Shown piece by piece: positions 29,975 through 39,655 of a stretch of DNA of 64,000 bases. A program made the translations under genes and the position numbers. This stretch comes from a virus: the IMG/VR virus record IMGVR_UViG_3300032235_000467; one strand, 5' to 3'. Within the stretch, counting starts at the first letter, position 1, and the number at the start of each line of letters is the position of its first letter. The notes beneath the pieces are model-generated. The model saw nothing but the letters and a program-made list of their open reading frames with translations. It had not been told where the DNA came from and searched no databases.

Positions 29975-30916
29975 ATGGAGACCATTCTCTCAGGATTAAT
30001 AGACCAAGTATTAGGATACGGTGAAAAAGCCACCAAGACCAACAGGAAGTATCACTGCCCTTTCCCTGATTGTCCTACTCATGGAACATCCAAGAGAAAG
30101 CTTGAAATAGACGTTGTTACAGATTCGGAAGGCAATAACAGATGGGCTTGCTGGGTGTGTGGCAATAAAGGACGCACTATAAGGTCTTTATTCAGAAAGA
30201 TTGGAGCTACGGCTAGTCAGTTAAGAGATCTATCCACAATAATAGTAAGAACAGATAGGGAAGATCAAGATACCGCAGAGTTTGATGGAGTTCTTCCAGT
30301 AGAATATAAGTTCCTATTAGATGTTAAAAAGAGTGATATACTTGCTAAACATGCAATGTTATATCTCAAGAAAAGAGGAGTTACCGAACAAGATATTATT
30401 AAGTACCAAATGGGGTATTGCGAAGAAGGGCCATATGCAGAGAGGATTATAATGCCATCTTTCGACTCCTCTGGGAAGATAAACTTCTTTGTAGGTAGGT
30501 CATTTGATCCAGAGGTAAGATTAAAGTACAAGTATCCACAGGCTTCAAGAGATATTATACCATTTGAGATGTATATTAACTGGAATGTTCCTGTAGTTTT
30601 GTGTGAGGGAGGATTTGATATGCTGGCTATTAAACGCAATGCTATACCCCTCCTAGGTAAGTCCATAACTCCAAAGCTTATGAAAAAGCTAGTAGAATCT
30701 AAAATACAGAAAGTATACGTAGCTTTGGATAAGGATGCTATATCAATGGCTTTAAAGCATTGTGAATCCTTAATGTCCTTAGGAAAGAAAGTATTTTTGG
30801 TAGAAATGGATGATAAAGACCCATCTTCTATGGGGTTTGAGGCGTTTCTATCCTTAATTCAGCAGGTAGAACCTCTTACAACTAATAAACTTTTAAAATA
30901 TAAAATGTCACTATAA
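29975..30916 (+). CDS. DNA primase (DnaG/gp61-like)
   Basis: Zn-finger HCPFPDC...WACWVC; RIIMP..FFVGRS; TOPRIM CEGGFD, LDKDA, KDP. Confidence 0.9.
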   Translation: METILSGLIDQVLGYGEKATKTNRKYHCPFPDCPTHGTSKRKLEIDVVTDSEGNNRWACWVCGNKGRTIRSLFRKIGATASQLRDLSTIIVRTDREDQDTAEFDGVLPVEYKFLLDVKKSDILAKHAMLYLKKRGVTEQDIIKYQMGYCEEGPYAERIIMPSFDSSGKINFFVGRSFDPEVRLKYKYPQASRDIIPFEMYINWNVPVVLCEGGFDMLAIKRNAIPLLGKSITPKLMKKLVESKIQKVYVALDKDAISMALKHCESLMSLGKKVFLVEMDDKDPSSMGFEAFLSLIQQVEPLTTNKLLKYKMSL

Positions 30917-31464
30917 TGGAAAATAAAACAAACTTCCTCATTCAGTTGGATGAAACTCAGTATCAAACTCCAGATATCACCAAGAAAGGGGTTGCTAGGG
31001 CTGCTACAAACATATATACAGCTGTAATGGATGGAAATATGTCTGCTGTTGATGTAGCTGTTATGCTAAAGTTCGTAGAGGAGACAGGTAAAAGTCTCAA
31101 AGAGTTAGCTGACGATAACGGTAAAAATACTTTTGTAGACCTAGTAAGGGAAGAGATTGAAAGAAACTCAGACGATGGAAAGACTTTTAGTACTAAACAT
31201 GGTGTTAAGTTTGAATTGTACGAGGCGGCTACCAAGTTTGATTACGAATCTTGTGGAGATCCTATTTGGAATAAGCTTAGCAAGGAACTGGAGCTTACCA
31301 AGGCTAAGATGAAAGAAAGGGAGTCTTTCCTAAAGAGTCTTAAGGGTTCTACAACTATGAATATAATAGATCCAGATACCTCTGAATTACATGAGAATGT
31401 GGAATTATACCCTCCGGCTAAGACCTCAACTTCAACATATAAACAGACGATGATTAATGGATAA
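30916..31464 (+). CDS. hypothetical protein
   Basis: TAATG-coupled to primase. Confidence 0.75.
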   Translation: MENKTNFLIQLDETQYQTPDITKKGVARAATNIYTAVMDGNMSAVDVAVMLKFVEETGKSLKELADDNGKNTFVDLVREEIERNSDDGKTFSTKHGVKFELYEAATKFDYESCGDPIWNKLSKELELTKAKMKERESFLKSLKGSTTMNIIDPDTSELHENVELYPPAKTSTSTYKQTMING

Positions 31465-31470
31465 ATTCGA

Positions 31471-31478
31471 TATTTATA
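31471..31478 (+). promoter_or_regulatory. putative late promoter TATTTATA
   Basis: Intergenic, 16 nt before ATG 31495. Confidence 0.6.
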
Positions 31479-31494
31479 GTAGTATCGAATAAAT

Positions 31495-32124
31495 ATGCAA
31501 GAACAACATCCGTGCTACTATCCAGGAGAGTTCGCACCTCCTACTAAAATGCATTTGAATGCCCTTTACTGGTTGCTAAACATACCAGAGGTTAGTCATG
31601 TTCATATAGTAATAGGCAAAGACAATGGACCTATAAGTCAAGATCAGAAGGCTAAAATGTGGGAAATACTTTTAAAATCTGAGTTTTCCCCCCAGGCTAC
31701 TGTGATAAAATCAAAGGATAAGGGACCTCTTGGAGAGGTATATTCTATATTTGAGGAAAAAGGAAAACCAGCTTATATAGCCTTAAATGAAAAAGCTGCT
31801 AGGAATAAAGAACTGCAGAAAAAGTTTGCAAAATTCCCCAACTATGGAATGCAGCTTCTCCCTTCTCAATTTTCCAAATCTTCCCTAAAACTACACCAGG
31901 CCGCTATAGATGGAGATCGTACATCTGCAAAAGCAGAATTACCAGATGATTTTTCAGATTCTCAGATCGATGAGTATATGAGAATACTCAGTAAACCAGT
32001 TGTAACTGACGAGCCATTAGAAGATAAATCCCCTTTAATTAATTATAAAGAAGAGTACACTAAGAAATTCAGTGATGGATTTTGGAACAGTGTATTTCAG
32101 CCTCTTAAAGAAGATGACATATGA
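31495..32124 (+). CDS. HIGH-family nucleotidyltransferase-like protein (degenerate motif)
   Basis: YYPGEFAPPTKMH resembles G-x-F-x-P-x-[HT]-x-G-H. Confidence 0.55.
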   Translation: MQEQHPCYYPGEFAPPTKMHLNALYWLLNIPEVSHVHIVIGKDNGPISQDQKAKMWEILLKSEFSPQATVIKSKDKGPLGEVYSIFEEKGKPAYIALNEKAARNKELQKKFAKFPNYGMQLLPSQFSKSSLKLHQAAIDGDRTSAKAELPDDFSDSQIDEYMRILSKPVVTDEPLEDKSPLINYKEEYTKKFSDGFWNSVFQPLKEDDI

Positions 32125-32714
32125 AACTAAGAGAATTATTTTTAGAAGCATTTGACGATTGCGGATGTTCTGGAGAGCAACTATCCGAAGGTATGCGATA
32201 CCATGTAGACAATAATAGACCCCTTACAGAGAATATCTACAGACCATTCTCTAAAAAGTATTTTGAGCTTTTCAAAGAAGCTCGTGAACTTTATAAGCAA
32301 GGTCTATTAGTAATAACTGAAGAAGAGGAAAAAATTCTGGCTAATACCGATCTAGGAGAATATGGCTATTTTAATGGAGTAAAAGTTCCATTAGACTTCC
32401 CAATGAGTTTAGAACAAATACAAGAGGTAAAGCATCAAGGTAAAGAAGTGCAACTTAATAAGCCAAAGCGTGGTGGAAGTAAAAAGTTCTACGTATATGT
32501 ACGTAAACCAGGCGGAGGCATTAAGAAAGTATCTTTTGGAGATACTAGCGGTCTTAAAGCTAAGATAAATGACCCTAAGGCTCGTAAATCTTTTGCAGCT
32601 AGACACAAATGTGCACAAGCTAAAGATAAGACCATGGCACAATACTGGGCCTGTAGACTGCCTAGATATGCAAGTATGCTAGGAATTAAATCAAGTTTTT
32701 CAGGATATTGGTAG
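32121..32714 (+). CDS. two-module putative head-internal protein; basic C-domain
   Basis: MKLRELFLEA leader; KKFYVYV...KKVSFGD...RKSFAARHKC...YWACR. Confidence 0.75.
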   Translation: MKLRELFLEAFDDCGCSGEQLSEGMRYHVDNNRPLTENIYRPFSKKYFELFKEARELYKQGLLVITEEEEKILANTDLGEYGYFNGVKVPLDFPMSLEQIQEVKHQGKEVQLNKPKRGGSKKFYVYVRKPGGGIKKVSFGDTSGLKAKINDPKARKSFAARHKCAQAKDKTMAQYWACRLPRYASMLGIKSSFSGYW

Positions 32715-32722
32715 ACCTTAAA

Positions 32723-32730
32723 TATTTATA
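32723..32730 (+). promoter_or_regulatory. putative late promoter TATTTATA
   Basis: Intergenic, 20 nt before ATG 32751. Confidence 0.6.
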
Positions 32731-32750
32731 TACATAAATTCTATATAGAA

Positions 32751-35177
32751 ATGACAAATAATAAAGAAATACAAGATCTTATTAAAAGAATACTTAAAGA
32801 AGAGTTAAGTAATATAAAAGAGGCTGACGATGAATGGGAAAAAACAAATAAGCCGGAAACTGTTAAGACTTGGGAGAAGTTGAAATATGTAATGGGTAAG
32901 TTAGGTTCTTACAAGGTTAATGGTAAGTTTTTTGGCAAAAAGAAAGAATTAGCCGCAGCAGAAGCAAGAGTAGAAGATATTATTAATAAAGAAAGTAATA
33001 AGTTCATAAAAGACTTAGACACTCTTATCAAACAAACAAATAAAGAGTTTCCAAATAACTTAAGGTCTGCTGATTTTTTAAGCATTGTTTTAAGCATAGC
33101 TGCTTGCTATGATTCTATTGTTGACTCTACAAAAAAAGAAAATCTACCTATTGACGCTGCCAATGCTATAATTAACGATTTAAGAGAGTATGTTAAATAT
33201 TTCTTAGATGCAAAATTATCTGCATCATATTCTACAGTAGATGAAGAAAAAGAGAATGAAATTTCAGAAGAGGAGTTAAAACAATTAGACGAAGCTTTTG
33301 GACTAGATGAAGATGCAGAATCTGATGTAAGAGATAAGTTAAAAGCAGATAGAGCCGCTAGGAGTGGAGAAACTGATAAGGGAGACTTCCAGAGTACAAA
33401 GATTGATACTCTTAAGTCTAACAAATTACCAATGACTTTATTGGGAGTAGGTAGTGCATTAGGCGGATTTAGCTGGTTAGTAAATACAGAGTGGTTCAAA
33501 CACTTGTTTGATGTAGTAACCCCAGGAACTTGGACTAAAGAATTAGCAATAGAGTCAAAAGAGTTGACTGATATTAAACCTGGTGAAGGCGTTTACAAGT
33601 TATTGGGAAGGGTGACAAACCATAAACTAGACGGTAATTCAAGTCCTACTGAGTTTATGAACGCCTTAAAACAAATAGGAGGAGGAAACGCTGATAAGGG
33701 TGTAGATCTATTATGTCAAGATGGTGGAGTTATGATGAAGCCTGATGAAGCTGCAAAAGGTCTTCACGATTTTGTTGATAATCCAAACAAATTTAAAAAT
33801 ATGAACGACTTGTTCCACGGGAATGCTTCCGGAACAGGTAAATTAACTCCAACAGATACTACTTTATATGGCACCATATCAGGAAGGCAATTGACTTCAG
33901 TGCTAATGAAGGTTATACCAAAAGTATTTGTTAAAGGATCTATAAAGACTGGTGCAGGATATGCTATAGCAAAAGGATTGGGAGCTGTTTTAGGACCAAT
34001 TGGTGTTGGATTACTTGGAGCTGGCGCTTTAGTAAAGATCATGAGGGTTAAAGGTCAAAAGACATCTAGGGCAGCTACTTTAAATGCACTATATCAATCC
34101 TTAAGAAACATCCCTGGAGGCACTGTAGTAGAGCCAGAAGGAGAAGTAGATAGTAAAATACAAGTAGAACCGTCCCCAATAAACCCAGGTCCTATAGATA
34201 CCGGAACAGATAAAGGAGCAAAAGGAAAAGAAAAGACTAAAGGTAAAGGAGCTGGCGTGACTGCTAAAGAGCCTAAAGGAGAGAATGATGATTTGTATAA
34301 TACTTTAAAGAATGTATTTAAGTACATTGTAAATAGTAGAGATAAATTAGGTACAAGATCAGCAGATAATGTTGGAACTGGAGCAGCTACTATGAGATCT
34401 AAAAATAAAAAAGAAAAACCATCCGAAGAACCTACTACTAAACCAGGAGTAACAGTTCCAGAAGGGCCAACAATTAAAAAAGGAAGTGAGTTTAAAATTA
34501 CCGGACGTAATGGAAGAACAGCTAGTATTAAAGTAGTTAGTGTAAAAAAAGACGGAACAGTAGAAGTAGAGAGGACAGACGGAGGTAAAATTAAAAACCC
34601 TATGATAGCTAAAGATACATTAGTAAAAATGTATAATTTAGCACAAAAAAAAGCAGGTAATATAGCAGAAGGTAAATATATAGCGGATAATATAGTTTTA
34701 AATTATTTAGAAAAAAACCTATCATATGATAAGTTAAAATCTTTTGAAGATCTTATTAAAAAAGTAGAACAGCTTAGGAATAAGATTAGAAATGTAAAAC
34801 AATCAAAAGATAAAGATTTTAATAGGTTGGTTGATAAGTTTAAAGCTAATCCAATCATGTCTACTGATTTTGAAAATCTATTTAATGTATCATCAGCCAA
34901 TGAAAAAGACATGGCATCTTTAAAATCCTTGATTGATGACGTGTTTATAACAGTGTACTCAGGTAAATTTGGAAGAGGAAACTTGATAGATAAGATGGCA
35001 AGTACTGCCGGAGGAAGCATAAACGCTATAAAAGAAAAATATTATGGCGCAGATGACCCAAACAAAGCTTTTGAAAAAGATGCACAATCAAGAGATAGAT
35101 TTAAAGGCAATTTAATAAACTTCTTACAGGATTCTATAAGATTGTTCCAACACATGTACAGTAGAAAAAGACAATAG
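32751..35177 (+). CDS. large putative head-internal/ejected protein with hydrophobic segments
   Basis: IKRILKEELSNIKEA leader; two Gly-rich hydrophobic stretches; no signal peptide. Confidence 0.7.
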   Translation: MTNNKEIQDLIKRILKEELSNIKEADDEWEKTNKPETVKTWEKLKYVMGKLGSYKVNGKFFGKKKELAAAEARVEDIINKESNKFIKDLDTLIKQTNKEFPNNLRSADFLSIVLSIAACYDSIVDSTKKENLPIDAANAIINDLREYVKYFLDAKLSASYSTVDEEKENEISEEELKQLDEAFGLDEDAESDVRDKLKADRAARSGETDKGDFQSTKIDTLKSNKLPMTLLGVGSALGGFSWLVNTEWFKHLFDVVTPGTWTKELAIESKELTDIKPGEGVYKLLGRVTNHKLDGNSSPTEFMNALKQIGGGNADKGVDLLCQDGGVMMKPDEAAKGLHDFVDNPNKFKNMNDLFHGNASGTGKLTPTDTTLYGTISGRQLTSVLMKVIPKVFVKGSIKTGAGYAIAKGLGAVLGPIGVGLLGAGALVKIMRVKGQKTSRAATLNALYQSLRNIPGGTVVEPEGEVDSKIQVEPSPINPGPIDTGTDKGAKGKEKTKGKGAGVTAKEPKGENDDLYNTLKNVFKYIVNSRDKLGTRSADNVGTGAATMRSKNKKEKPSEEPTTKPGVTVPEGPTIKKGSEFKITGRNGRTASIKVVSVKKDGTVEVERTDGGKIKNPMIAKDTLVKMYNLAQKKAGNIAEGKYIADNIVLNYLEKNLSYDKLKSFEDLIKKVEQLRNKIRNVKQSKDKDFNRLVDKFKANPIMSTDFENLFNVSSANEKDMASLKSLIDDVFITVYSGKFGRGNLIDKMASTAGGSINAIKEKYYGADDPNKAFEKDAQSRDRFKGNLINFLQDSIRLFQHMYSRKRQ

Positions 35178-35180
35178 TAT

Positions 35181-35444
35181 ATGGAAGAAAGACCTTATAC
35201 AGAGTTATATAACGAAGGTTGGTACGAAAGGGTTTTTAAAGCTGATGTTGACTCTGGGGAATTAAGGTGGCATAGGGATAGAGAGGATCGTGTAATTGAA
35301 CCCATAGAACCAACCGATTGGTTTTTTCAGAAAGACGGAGGACTTCCTATGAAAATAGAAGGTCAGATCCATGTACCAATGGGAGAATGGCATAGGGCTA
35401 TAAAAGGTACAGGAGATTTAAAAATAAGAATTAAAAAACTATAG
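35181..35444 (+). CDS. small cupin-like protein
   Basis: WHRDREDR and HVPMGEWHRAIKG cupin-type motifs. Confidence 0.6.
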   Translation: MEERPYTELYNEGWYERVFKADVDSGELRWHRDREDRVIEPIEPTDWFFQKDGGLPMKIEGQIHVPMGEWHRAIKGTGDLKIRIKKL

Positions 35445-35446
35445 TT

Positions 35447-36025
35447 ATGTCAGATACAAAATTAAAGAAAGAGTTTAGAGAGAGGGATGTTCAAAGGCTG
35501 AGAAATATTATAACCAAAAAGTACGGTAACGCTACTGGTATTCAAGTTGGTTATGAAAAACAAACAGAGGAGAGGCTAGAAGGGGATGTGTGGGAAGATA
35601 ATGGAAAGACTTGGACTATAAAGGACGGTATTAAACAAACCGTTACTAAACTAGACGAGATAAAAAAGACAACTAGGATGCCTTTACTGTGTCCCAACTG
35701 TTCTCAACCTATGAAAACATCTTTAGATAAGAAGATGTACCCAATCCACAAGACATGCTTTAGTTGTGTAGTTAGTATGGAGACAAAGTTGAAGATGGAG
35801 GGTAAATACGAGGAATACTCTAGAAATATGGTTACAAAGAATATTGTAACCCATATAGAAGAGGCATCACAGTTCATAGAAGAGTTTGCTAGAAACACAG
35901 TAAAAGAGACCTATGTAACAGAACAAGGAGATGTAGAAGAGTGGGAAGGTGGGGTAGATAAACAAAAATTAGTAGAAAAATGGAAAGAAGGCCTACAAGA
36001 AATGAAAGAAAGGCTGGAAAACTAA
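35447..36025 (+). CDS. hypothetical Zn-finger protein
   Basis: CPNC...CFSC. Confidence 0.75.
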   Translation: MSDTKLKKEFRERDVQRLRNIITKKYGNATGIQVGYEKQTEERLEGDVWEDNGKTWTIKDGIKQTVTKLDEIKKTTRMPLLCPNCSQPMKTSLDKKMYPIHKTCFSCVVSMETKLKMEGKYEEYSRNMVTKNIVTHIEEASQFIEEFARNTVKETYVTEQGDVEEWEGGVDKQKLVEKWKEGLQEMKERLEN

Positions 36026-36026
36026 G

Positions 36027-36034
36027 TATTTATA
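36027..36034 (+). promoter_or_regulatory. putative late promoter TATTTATA
   Basis: Intergenic, 20 nt before ATG 36055. Confidence 0.6.
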
Positions 36035-36054
36035 TCTATAAATAAATAAATAAA

Positions 36055-36888
36055 ATGAAACTCTCTGAAATTTTTAAGGAAGCCTTATTAGAGGCAAAAA
36101 AGAAAAAGCCATCTGAAGGATTGTCTAAAAAAGAAAAATCTGACGTAGTTAAAAAGGCAAAAGCAGGTAAAGATATTGGTAAGAAAGGTAAAGGGTTTGA
36201 GAAACTGGCTAAAAAAGCTGGTGGAGGTGAAAAGGGAGAAAAAATAGCCGCTGCTGCTATGTGGAAGAATATTAAGAGAGTTAAAGAAGGATCTGATGGC
36301 ATGGATCACGAAGTATCCATGGCCCAAAATAGCCTAAAGTCTATTATGCAGTCTTGCGCAGATCTCATGAACAAGTTAGGAGATGATGAAAGAGACATTC
36401 CAGGATGGATTCAAGATCATATAACTAATGCAGAAAACTTTATAGATCAAGCAGCTCAAGGATTTCATGAATTAGGAGGACACGAGGAAGAAGAAGAGGA
36501 TGACGAAGAAGGATCTGAAATGATACAACCTATAGATGAGTATGACGCGTTTGATAAAATGGCTTCTAACGTTCATAAAAAACTAAATGTCAATTTACCA
36601 AATCAGCCATCTAAAACAGTACCTCGTATACCATTAGAGTTAGCTAAAAAATACACTCCTATAACCCCAACTGATATGCCCCTTGATAAGTATTTGGCTT
36701 CTAAAGGATTGGTTATAGTAGATAAAAAAGATGTTGAAGGTATAAATGAGAAAAAACTCACAAAAGCTGAGAGGGATAAGAAAGAAGATATAATAAATGC
36801 AATGGCCATGAAAGGTGGCGGTAAGGATAAAATGGGCCCAAAACAATATGCCATAGCAACTGCACAAGCTAAAAAATCTGCAGAATAA
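36055..36888 (+). CDS. modular putative head-internal protein
   Basis: MKLSEIFKEALLEA leader; alternating basic/acidic modules separated by VKE, IDE, INE. Confidence 0.75.
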   Translation: MKLSEIFKEALLEAKKKKPSEGLSKKEKSDVVKKAKAGKDIGKKGKGFEKLAKKAGGGEKGEKIAAAAMWKNIKRVKEGSDGMDHEVSMAQNSLKSIMQSCADLMNKLGDDERDIPGWIQDHITNAENFIDQAAQGFHELGGHEEEEEDDEEGSEMIQPIDEYDAFDKMASNVHKKLNVNLPNQPSKTVPRIPLELAKKYTPITPTDMPLDKYLASKGLVIVDKKDVEGINEKKLTKAERDKKEDIINAMAMKGGGKDKMGPKQYAIATAQAKKSAE

Positions 36889-37451
36889 TGAAGTTCCTAG
36901 ACATGCTAAAAGAAATAGCAGAGGAACAACAATCCTCCAAAGTCGTTTGCAAATGCGGATGGGGTTGGGAGATATCTAAAGGCGGAAAGGATCCGTATGT
37001 GTGTCATAAGTGTGGAGAGAATGTTATGTACCAAATGATAACCGAAAAGTTATGCCCTAAAGGAAGGGCATATGCTGAGCGTAGAAAAGCTGCTGGTGAA
37101 AAACATTCAGCATATTTGATGGGAAGAGCTGTTCAAGTATGTAAAGGGGGAATAGGAAAGAAGAAGAAAAAAGTAAAAGAAGACATAGAAGAAAGCCTTC
37201 ACAGCTGGTTTAACGAAGAAGATTGGGTTAGAATAGACACAGAAGGAAATATAGCTGGTCCTTGTGGCTCTATGAAAAAGGGTAAACCTACTACAAGATG
37301 TTTACCTAGAGCTAAGGCAGAAAGGTTATCAAAAGAAGAAAGGGCAGCTACATCAAAAAAGAAAGTAGCAGCATCCAAAAAAGGAAAGCAGTTTGTTTCA
37401 AATACAGATAAAGCAAAAGTATCTTTTAAATCAAGAACAAAGGATAAGTAA
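36888..37451 (+). CDS. modular Cys-rich basic putative head-internal protein
   Basis: MKFLDMLKEIAEE leader; CKC..CHKC, LCPKG..VCKG and WF..DWVRI..PCG..RCLP modules. Confidence 0.75.
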   Translation: MKFLDMLKEIAEEQQSSKVVCKCGWGWEISKGGKDPYVCHKCGENVMYQMITEKLCPKGRAYAERRKAAGEKHSAYLMGRAVQVCKGGIGKKKKKVKEDIEESLHSWFNEEDWVRIDTEGNIAGPCGSMKKGKPTTRCLPRAKAERLSKEERAATSKKKVAASKKGKQFVSNTDKAKVSFKSRTKDK

Positions 37452-38062
37452 TGAATACAGAATTAATAGTAGCTATAATAACTGCTGTAACAACTTCTGT
37501 AGTGGGGCCTGTAGTGGTCCACTACGTTCAATCAATGGTAGATAGAAGAAAGAAAGATACTCTTTTAGATGCAATAGAGGCAAACCAGATGATAAACGAT
37601 AAACTGAGCCAAATAAAAAAAGAAATACACAGTGATCGTATATGGTTAATTCAATTTCATAATGGAGCCCATTTTTACCCTACTGGAAAATCAATCCAAA
37701 AGTTTAGCATGGTTTATGAAATTGTAAGCTCAGGAATTATACCATGTCAAACCCAGTTTCAAAATATACCAGTAAGTCTATTTAGCAAATCAATACATAC
37801 CCTATATAAAGGATCGACAATAGCAATACCAGATACAACAGTATCGGAAAAACAATTTGAAGGATTCACCTCAGTAATCCATGGAGCTAATGTTAAGAGT
37901 ACATATATGTATCCTTTATACAATATAAAGAACGAATTTATAGGAATTGTTGGGATAGATTATGTAAGTAAAAAAAGAGAATTAAAAGAAAAAGAAATTA
38001 CTGATATAGATTTAGAATTATCCACAATAGGAGGAGTATTAAACAACTATTTAAAAGTATGA
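37451..38062 (+). CDS. TM + GAF-like domain protein (possible T4 T-like holin)
   Basis: N-terminal hydrophobic helix; DRIWLIQFHNG...KSTYMYPL...FIGIVGIDY GAF-like pattern. Confidence 0.55.
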   Translation: MNTELIVAIITAVTTSVVGPVVVHYVQSMVDRRKKDTLLDAIEANQMINDKLSQIKKEIHSDRIWLIQFHNGAHFYPTGKSIQKFSMVYEIVSSGIIPCQTQFQNIPVSLFSKSIHTLYKGSTIAIPDTTVSEKQFEGFTSVIHGANVKSTYMYPLYNIKNEFIGIVGIDYVSKKRELKEKEITDIDLELSTIGGVLNNYLKV

Positions 38063-38322
38063 TAAAGCTATTAAGTTTACTAGAAGAATACGGTGGCGGA
38101 GAGTACGTACTACCAGAAGACCATAAAGCAGGTATGAAAGTCCCAAAAGGAGGAGCATGCTGCGCTAATTGTAACTATTGGAATGAGGGTAAAGACGATA
38201 ATCCAGGACATTGCGGCAGTGATTTATATAAAAAATGGAAAGGTACGGATAGTATACCATACGATCCCTTAGAGTATTGTACTGACTGGTGGGAACCAAA
38301 AAAAGTAGAAAAGGCCAAGTAG
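38059..38322 (+). CDS. small Cys-rich protein (HiPIP-like Cys spacing) with capsid-targeting-like leader
   Basis: MIKLLSLLEE; CANC..W...C...YCTDWW. Confidence 0.65.
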   Translation: MIKLLSLLEEYGGGEYVLPEDHKAGMKVPKGGACCANCNYWNEGKDDNPGHCGSDLYKKWKGTDSIPYDPLEYCTDWWEPKKVEKAK

Positions 38323-38327
38323 GTCGA

Positions 38328-38335
38328 TATTTATA
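38328..38335 (+). promoter_or_regulatory. putative late promoter TATTTATA
   Basis: 3 nt before ATG 38339. Confidence 0.6.
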
Positions 38336-38338
38336 TAT

Positions 38339-38887
38339 ATGAAACCCAATTACTATCAAATATTTCAATATAAACTGTTAGAAGCTGCAGAGATTACCCC
38401 TGTGCAAACAGAGTCTAATTTAGAGAAGGTTCTATCCAAATCTCCTAAGGTAACATCTGTGCTGTTAAAACTACTTGCAAGTCAGAGTAAAAAGAATGAC
38501 AAATCAATAGAACAGATAAGGAATACCGTATCAGATATTAGGTGTATTTCGTATAAACCTACTACTTTTAGAGTAGTAATACCTAATGGAAATTATTTTG
38601 ATATAAAGTACGATCCAACTCCCCTTGAGTTAAACTACCCAGAAGATTTTAAGCCAGAAGATTCTTTTCAAGTATTAGTTAGCGGTAAAAAGTATAATAT
38701 ATCAAATAATTCAGAGTACGAACAAGCTATGGATTATATCAATACTCTATTGAAAACCAAGCCTATAACTAAAGAACCGGAACCAGGAGAAGAGCCTGCA
38801 GCTGCCGGAGGAGAAACACCTCCAGAAGGAGAAGCACCAGCCGGGGAAACACCACCAGAAGAAGAAACCCCAGAACCTGAAGCATAA
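38339..38887 (+). CDS. hypothetical protein with acidic Pro/Glu tail
   Basis: KLLEA leader; GETPPE repeats at C-terminus. Confidence 0.75.
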   Translation: MKPNYYQIFQYKLLEAAEITPVQTESNLEKVLSKSPKVTSVLLKLLASQSKKNDKSIEQIRNTVSDIRCISYKPTTFRVVIPNGNYFDIKYDPTPLELNYPEDFKPEDSFQVLVSGKKYNISNNSEYEQAMDYINTLLKTKPITKEPEPGEEPAAAGGETPPEGEAPAGETPPEEETPEPEA

Positions 38888-39318
38888 TGGATTTAAAATA
38901 TCAAAATATTAATCAAGACGTACAAGTATCTGGACACAATATTGTTCCATATCTGCTTAACTTGGCTGAGTATATGCAAAATTCAGGCATTAAAATAATG
39001 CCGTACCCTAAAGTAATTATAGCATCAACTACTGAAAATGCTAATAGTCCTTTTGGGAAGACTGCATACTATGACCCTATGCAAAAATCAGTAACTCTAT
39101 TTGTAGCCGGAAGGCATATAAAAGACGTACTCAGAAGCTATGCGCACGAACTAATACACCATAACCAGAACTTGTCTGGTATGTTTGACAATAATAATAT
39201 AAGTGCCTTATCAGATCCTAGATATGCAGAAAATAATAAACATCTTTTAAATATGGAAAAAGATGCGTATCTTCGAGGAAATATAGCATTTAGATTTTGG
39301 GAAGATTCAATGAAATAG
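38887..39318 (+). CDS. zincin-like metallopeptidase
   Basis: TAYYDP...DVLRSYAHELIHHNQ (HExxH)...MEKDAY. Confidence 0.75.
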   Translation: MDLKYQNINQDVQVSGHNIVPYLLNLAEYMQNSGIKIMPYPKVIIASTTENANSPFGKTAYYDPMQKSVTLFVAGRHIKDVLRSYAHELIHHNQNLSGMFDNNNISALSDPRYAENNKHLLNMEKDAYLRGNIAFRFWEDSMK

Positions 39319-39319
39319 C

Positions 39320-39655
39320 ATGAAAAAGTACATTATAGTAGCTTTAGTTCTGATAATAACTGCATTATTACTATATCCTGGATCATACAACGAATCTGAA
39401 TACGAGCAAGCTATAGATAGCTTAAACGTAGAAATACACCTTAAAGAAGATTCTATTAAAATATCTCAAGTAAAAATAGATACTCTTGAGCATAGGGTAG
39501 AGATAGCTGAGATTAAGCTGGAAGAAAATCAAGGTAAAGTCAGAAAAATATATGAAACATATGAAGTACAAATACAGTCTGTTGATAGCTATGATATTAA
39601 TCAGCTTGAGCAGTTTTTCTCAGACAGATATAAAGATACATCAAGTCCCGAATAA
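39320..39655 (+). CDS. membrane-anchored coiled-coil protein (i-spanin-like)
   Basis: MKK + TM helix + coiled coil; overlapped by the next gene. Confidence 0.6.
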   Translation: MKKYIIVALVLIITALLLYPGSYNESEYEQAIDSLNVEIHLKEDSIKISQVKIDTLEHRVEIAEIKLEENQGKVRKIYETYEVQIQSVDSYDINQLEQFFSDRYKDTSSPE

